From Bacteroidia bacterium (lineage in GTDB: Bacteria > Bacteroidota > Bacteroidia > AKYH767-A > OLB10): a stretch of 64,000 nt of DNA. Location: positions 3,929 through 67,928 of the forward strand of contig DAOQTX010000004.1 of NCBI GenBank assembly GCA_035340715.1, read 5' to 3'. Shown in pieces: positions 60,218 to 64,000 of the stretch; within the stretch, counting starts at the first letter, position 1, and each line of letters opens with the position of its first letter. The position numbers and the translations under genes are program-made. The notes beneath the pieces were generated by a model, which searched no databases, had not been told where the DNA came from, and worked only from the letters and a program-made list of their open reading frames with translations.

Positions 60218-60317
60218 ACATTTCTGTTAACTAAAATGTTATACCGAAAAAGTACCTAAGAAGGTTACTTTTTAATTAAAAATTTCTTTTGTAAGATTTT
60301 CGAGAAAATAGAATGGT

Positions 60318-61442
60318 TTAGCCTATGCGGAATTTTACCATAGCACCACCTAAAGTAGAGTCTTCAATTTTTATTTCGCCATTTCGCTGATCAATCAGCT
60401 TTTTACAAAGGGTAAGACCCGCTCCGGTGCTTTCAAATTCATCTTTAGGCCGTAAGGTTTGGAACATTCTAAATACCTGCTGTCGCAGTTCTGGTTTTAT
60501 ACCTTTCCCATTGTCCGACACATAGAAATACAAACCTTGTGCTTCTTTTATAGCTCCTACTTCTATCATCATATTGGTTCCTGAAGGATGATGTTTTATA
60601 GCATTGCTAAGCAATTCAGAAAGAATTTTGTGTAAGGCCACTCTGTCGCCTTCAAATATCAAATCAAACGTGTTCACTTTCAAACTGAGTTGTTCGGGCA
60701 AATTAACACTACTGACTACAAAATGTATGAACTCGTTTAAATCAATGGTTTCATTTTTTATTTCCGAATTTAATGTTGCGGTATAATCCACCACTCCCTT
60801 GAGTAAATTTTGCATTCGCTTTATTCTACCCAACATCAGTGAAAAGTTATCTTTCAAACTTTGCGGACTGTTTTCAGGAAGTTCTTCTTCAATCCAACTT
60901 GCAATTTGTTCAACGGCACGCAAAGGTGCATTCATGTCGTGCGTAAGTAAATACAACAAGTCTTTAATTTCCTTTTCGGTTTTTTGTAATTGTGTTGTGG
61001 AGCTATTCATATCTTTATTTAAAATCTTCTCTTCCATAACTTCTAATGATTCGGTGAGTGCGTATAGATCTACCGGTTTATGAACGATATCAAATGTTCC
61101 CGGATCAAATTGCAATATCGGCTCCAGTTCTTCTGAAGTGGCAGCGGTCACAAATATGATTGGAATATGTCTTGTTTTCTTATTGGTTCGAATCAAACGG
61201 GCAACTTCAAATCCGTTTACTTCAGGCATACGTACATCCAATAGTACAATATCCACCTGCTCTTGCATGAGCACTTTAAAAGCATCGCTTCCTGACTCTG
61301 CTTTTGTAATTTTTCGGAAATCGTTTTCTAAAACCGTTTCCATACTGATAAGATTTTCAATCTGATCATCTACCATCAGTATATGAACTGAAAAAACCTT
61401 CTCTGTTGTTTTCTTGTTTTGTTGTTCAGAACAATCTGGCAT
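60318..61442 (-). CDS. Hybrid response-regulator receiver / histidine kinase (REC-HisKA-HATPase) without a sensor or TM domain
   Basis: The N-terminal REC domain (ILMVDDQIENL...DIVLLDVRMPEVNGFEV) is followed by an H-box (LTHDMNAPLRAV) and an ATP-binding domain (SDNGKGI, GAGLTLCKKL). There are no hydrophobic segments. Confidence 0.7.
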   Translation of the reverse strand: MPDCSEQQNKKTTEKVFSVHILMVDDQIENLISMETVLENDFRKITKAESGSDAFKVLMQEQVDIVLLDVRMPEVNGFEVARLIRTNKKTRHIPIIFVTAATSEELEPILQFDPGTFDIVHKPVDLYALTESLEVMEEKILNKDMNSSTTQLQKTEKEIKDLLYLLTHDMNAPLRAVEQIASWIEEELPENSPQSLKDNFSLMLGRIKRMQNLLKGVVDYTATLNSEIKNETIDLNEFIHFVVSSVNLPEQLSLKVNTFDLIFEGDRVALHKILSELLSNAIKHHPSGTNMMIEVGAIKEAQGLYFYVSDNGKGIKPELRQQVFRMFQTLRPKDEFESTGAGLTLCKKLIDQRNGEIKIEDSTLGGAMVKFRIG

Positions 61443-61519
61443 GGGGCAATAAATATTCTGCTTAGGGGCAGTGTGTTTTCTGTATATGAAAAATCAGTAT
61501 TAAAGGTTGCACTCCTTCA

Positions 61520-61554
61520 AAAAAAAGAGCATCAAATTTTAATCTGATGCTCAA
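61520..61554 (-). terminator. Rho-independent terminator of the giant CHU_C adhesin gene
   Basis: An 8-bp stem (gagcatca / tgatgctc) with an 11-nt loop is followed, on the minus transcript, by a U8 run. It lies 22 nt after the stop. Confidence 0.6.
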
Positions 61555-61576
61555 TTTATATGAAATCAATTGTTTT

Positions 61577-64000
61577 TTATCTGAATAAATGGACAGAACC
61601 TTGCAATTGTTCACTTTTCACAGAAATGAGATAAAAGTACACTCCTTCTGCAACTTCTTTGCCATTGGTATCTTTTCCATCCCAACAGAAGTTTCCTTTT
61701 TGTTTCTCGAATACCAATTTACCCCAACGGTTAAATATTCTTACAGAACTACATTCTGCAAAATCACCTATTGCATCTAAGGAAAAGCAATCGTTCTTGC
61801 CATCATTATTTGGAGTAAATACATTTGGTGTTCCGTTTAAGTAGTCTTGCAGACTTAATACCGGATTGCTGAGTGTAGCAGTATCCGTACAATTATTATA
61901 AGTCGCGATTAAGGTGATGGTTCCAATTTGTTCAAAAGGATAAAAATGAATCGGGTCCATGTCGCTACTCGAATCACCGTCACCAAAATCCCAAATATAA
62001 TTGTTGGCCCCTGTGCTTGTATTGGTAAAGAATAGCGTTACTCCAGCACAGGTTACACTGTCTTCGTATGTAAATGAAGCCTCAGGCTGAGGATCAACAT
62101 TAATGGTTACATCATCATCATCGGTACAGCCATTTAAATCGGTTACAGTAACCGTATAGGTAGTTGTAGCACTAGGAGTCGCAATTGGATTCGCAATGTT
62201 TGGATCATTCAAATCGTTCGGTGGATCCCAAGAGTAAACCACTCCACCACTAGCATTTAAATTCACAGCGCTGCCATCACAGATTACGGTATCGGCACTT
62301 GCTACGGCAACCGGCAATGGGAATACCATTATTGAAACACTATCGCTGGCTTCACATCCATTTGCATCGGTTACCAATACCGTGTAGGTTGTTGTAACAC
62401 TTGGAGTTGCTACCGGATTTGGAATATTTGCATTATCTAAACTTCCTATCGGAGTCCAAGAATAGGTAACACCACCGCTCGCTTGCAAGGTAATGGAACT
62501 GCCTAAACAAACTCCCGCATCGGCTCCTGCATCAGCTGGTGGCAATGGATTAACGGTAACGATAACCGAATCGGAATTGCTGCAACCATTGTTATCCGTA
62601 ACCAAAACAGTATAAGTGGTAGTTGAAGAAGGGTTAGCTATCGGGTTTCCAATATTAACATTATTGAGTCCTTGAGGAGGAGACCATTGATACAACACGC
62701 CTCCACCAGCTTGTAGCTGAACATTATTTCCATCGCAAAACGAAGTGTCGTTCCCGGCTGATGCCGCAGGTAATGGATTTACAATTATGCTGGTAAACAC
62801 CGTATCTCCTACACAACCAAAACTATTGGTTTCTATTACATAAGCAGTATATACCGAGGATGAATTCCAAACTGCTGTGATAGCATTACTTCCCGAACCA
62901 CTTAAAATATTACCCGGACTTACGCTCCAATTATAGCTCGAACCACTGGTATTACTTACCGACAATTGTGCGGTTGAATCAAATACGCAAACTTGTGGCG
63001 GTCCTGTTATGGCAGAAGTGGTTGGTGCCGGATTAATGGTAATTGCAAGCGTATCGGACACACCAAAACAAATGGTGTCGGTGGTAATACTCAATTCTTC
63101 ATACCATAAATATCCTATTGCCGGACCCGTCAAATTCCAATTCACGGTTACAGTATTGCTTCCATTTCCGCTTATAATAGTACCGCCCTGTATGTTCCAA
63201 TTGTAGGTAGATTGTGGAGTATTATTAGTGGTATAAATTATATTACTCGCTTGATTGGCACATAAACTCGAAATTCCCGTTGGCATTGCAGGTGTTAATA
63301 TGATGTTTATGTTAACCGGTTGCCAAATGGTATCACCGGTACATCCGTATTGGTTTGTTTCTATCACATATACCAAGCCCTGTCCTAATGAATCCCAATT
63401 GATCCAAACGGTATCTGTTCCCTGACCAAAAGCAATATTTCCATTCAATACTCCCCAATTAAATAATGATCCTGCACCGGGCGAAGGTACCCAATACGAA
63501 ACACCTTGCACTCCGGGACAAACCGAAAGCGTTCCTAAAATGCTGTTGGCTGTTGGCGCAGGGTTTACTACTATAGCGATGGTATCGCGATTAACACAAC
63601 CATTTCCATCAGTACCTGTAACGATATACGATGTGTTTGTGACGGGAGATATTTGTAAAGATGAGCCGCTGCCCACCGGGGTTCCTGGACTTGACAACAA
63701 AGCCCAACTGTAAAGGCTTGCTCCATTTGCTGATAAATTAATTGTATCGCCAACACAAATGGTATCATTGGGCGCAGAGGCCGTTACTATTGGTAATGGG
63801 TTGACGGTAACCGTAATAGTATCTTTATCTATACAATTACTGCTGCTCGATCCGGTAACGATATACGAAGTGGTTGACGAAGGTGAAACCGTAATACTCG
63901 ATCCAGTTCCAATGCTCACTCCCGGATTACTTAAGGTAGCCCAGTTGTATGAATTTGCTCCACTTGCACTTAAGGTGGTTGGAAATCCGGAACAAATGGT
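61577..64000 (-). CDS. Giant repeat adhesin-like protein with C-terminal PKD domain and T9SS type-B (CHU_C) sorting domain; the 5' end lies outside the window
   Basis: The frame stays open to the window edge; the caller's start at 63919 is a GTG inside the frame. The product has at least 7 tandem ~78-aa repeats of pattern CxGxxxxLxAxGGxxYxWxP...NPxAxPSxTTTYTVxVTDxNGCxxxDxVxVxVxPxP. These are followed by a WDFGDG (PKD) motif and NVFTPNNDGKNDCF...WDGKDTNGKEVAEGVYFYLI (CHU_C). Confidence 0.75.
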   Translation of the reverse strand, partial: TICSGFPTTLSASGANSYNWATLSNPGVSIGTGSSITVSPSSTTSYIVTGSSSSNCIDKDTITVTVNPLPIVTASAPNDTICVGDTINLSANGASLYSWALLSSPGTPVGSGSSLQISPVTNTSYIVTGTDGNGCVNRDTIAIVVNPAPTANSILGTLSVCPGVQGVSYWVPSPGAGSLFNWGVLNGNIAFGQGTDTVWINWDSLGQGLVYVIETNQYGCTGDTIWQPVNINIILTPAMPTGISSLCANQASNIIYTTNNTPQSTYNWNIQGGTIISGNGSNTVTVNWNLTGPAIGYLWYEELSITTDTICFGVSDTLAITINPAPTTSAITGPPQVCVFDSTAQLSVSNTSGSSYNWSVSPGNILSGSGSNAITAVWNSSSVYTAYVIETNSFGCVGDTVFTSIIVNPLPAASAGNDTSFCDGNNVQLQAGGGVLYQWSPPQGLNNVNIGNPIANPSSTTTYTVLVTDNNGCSNSDSVIVTVNPLPPADAGADAGVCLGSSITLQASGGVTYSWTPIGSLDNANIPNPVATPSVTTTYTVLVTDANGCEASDSVSIMVFPLPVAVASADTVICDGSAVNLNASGGVVYSWDPPNDLNDPNIANPIATPSATTTYTVTVTDLNGCTDDDDVTINVDPQPEASFTYEDSVTCAGVTLFFTNTSTGANNYIWDFGDGDSSSDMDPIHFYPFEQIGTITLIATYNNCTDTATLSNPVLSLQDYLNGTPNVFTPNNDGKNDCFSLDAIGDFAECSSVRIFNRWGKLVFEKQKGNFCWDGKDTNGKEVAEGVYFYLISVKSEQLQGSVHLFR
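62120..64000 (-). repeat. Tandem coding repeats of about 235 bp, encoding Ig-like ~78-aa modules, within the adhesin gene
   Basis: The periodic protein motif recurs at least 7 times. The DNA-level identity between units is moderate and was not quantified. Confidence 0.5.

Noticed and set aside
1-64000. CRISPR arrays, IS elements, integrases, prophage or defence-island signatures
   Set aside because: I scanned the intergenic regions and the ORF list. There are no short direct-repeat arrays, no transposase- or integrase-like ORFs, and no large orphan ATPase or nuclease genes. Every intergenic gap is at most 182 bp.

Overview
This 64-kb window is a gene-dense chromosomal segment from an AT-rich Bacteroidota genome, probably Flavobacteriia, Sphingobacteriia or Chitinophagia. 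That placement rests on several lineage markers: T9SS C-terminal sorting domains on many secreted proteins, a PorP/SprF gene, a fused murF-alr gene, a TfoX-N protein, and an alternative complex III (actABCDEF) placed directly upstream of coxB-ctaD. Almost every base is coding. I found no rRNA, tRNA, CRISPR array, IS element or prophage. The gene content falls into five groups:

- **Core housekeeping genes:** fabF (partial)-acpP, purN, ferritin, htpG, infB-nusA-rimP, yidD-rnpA, hemD, murF/alr-tdk and a glutaryl-CoA-dehydrogenase-like gene.
- **A complete ACIII-aa3 respiratory operon (9.3-20.4 kb).** Its ActA carries an extra N-terminal cytochrome c domain, and CoxB lacks the fused c domain usually found in caa3 oxidases.
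- **An unusual number of peptidases:** two S41 paralogs, an S46 DPP, an M1, an M28 and an Ntn penicillin/AHL-acylase.
- **A TonB-dependent receptor followed by two HmuY-like paralogs.** One of them carries a T9SS C-terminal domain, which suggests a surface-displayed, hemophore-like tetrapyrrole uptake module.
- **Several T9SS cargo loci.** One is a translationally coupled operon: a DUF1972 glycosyltransferase, an NHL-repeat type-B-CTD protein, and a PorP/SprF::TSP3::OmpA fusion. There are also several type-A CTD proteins with unknown N-domains, a partial giant repeat adhesin with a CHU_C domain, and a sensorless hybrid histidine kinase/response regulator.

Four or five clean rho-independent terminators and one palindromic candidate operator upstream of actA are visible by eye. 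All coordinates for hairpins and motifs were read by hand from the sequence and may be off by 1-2 nt.
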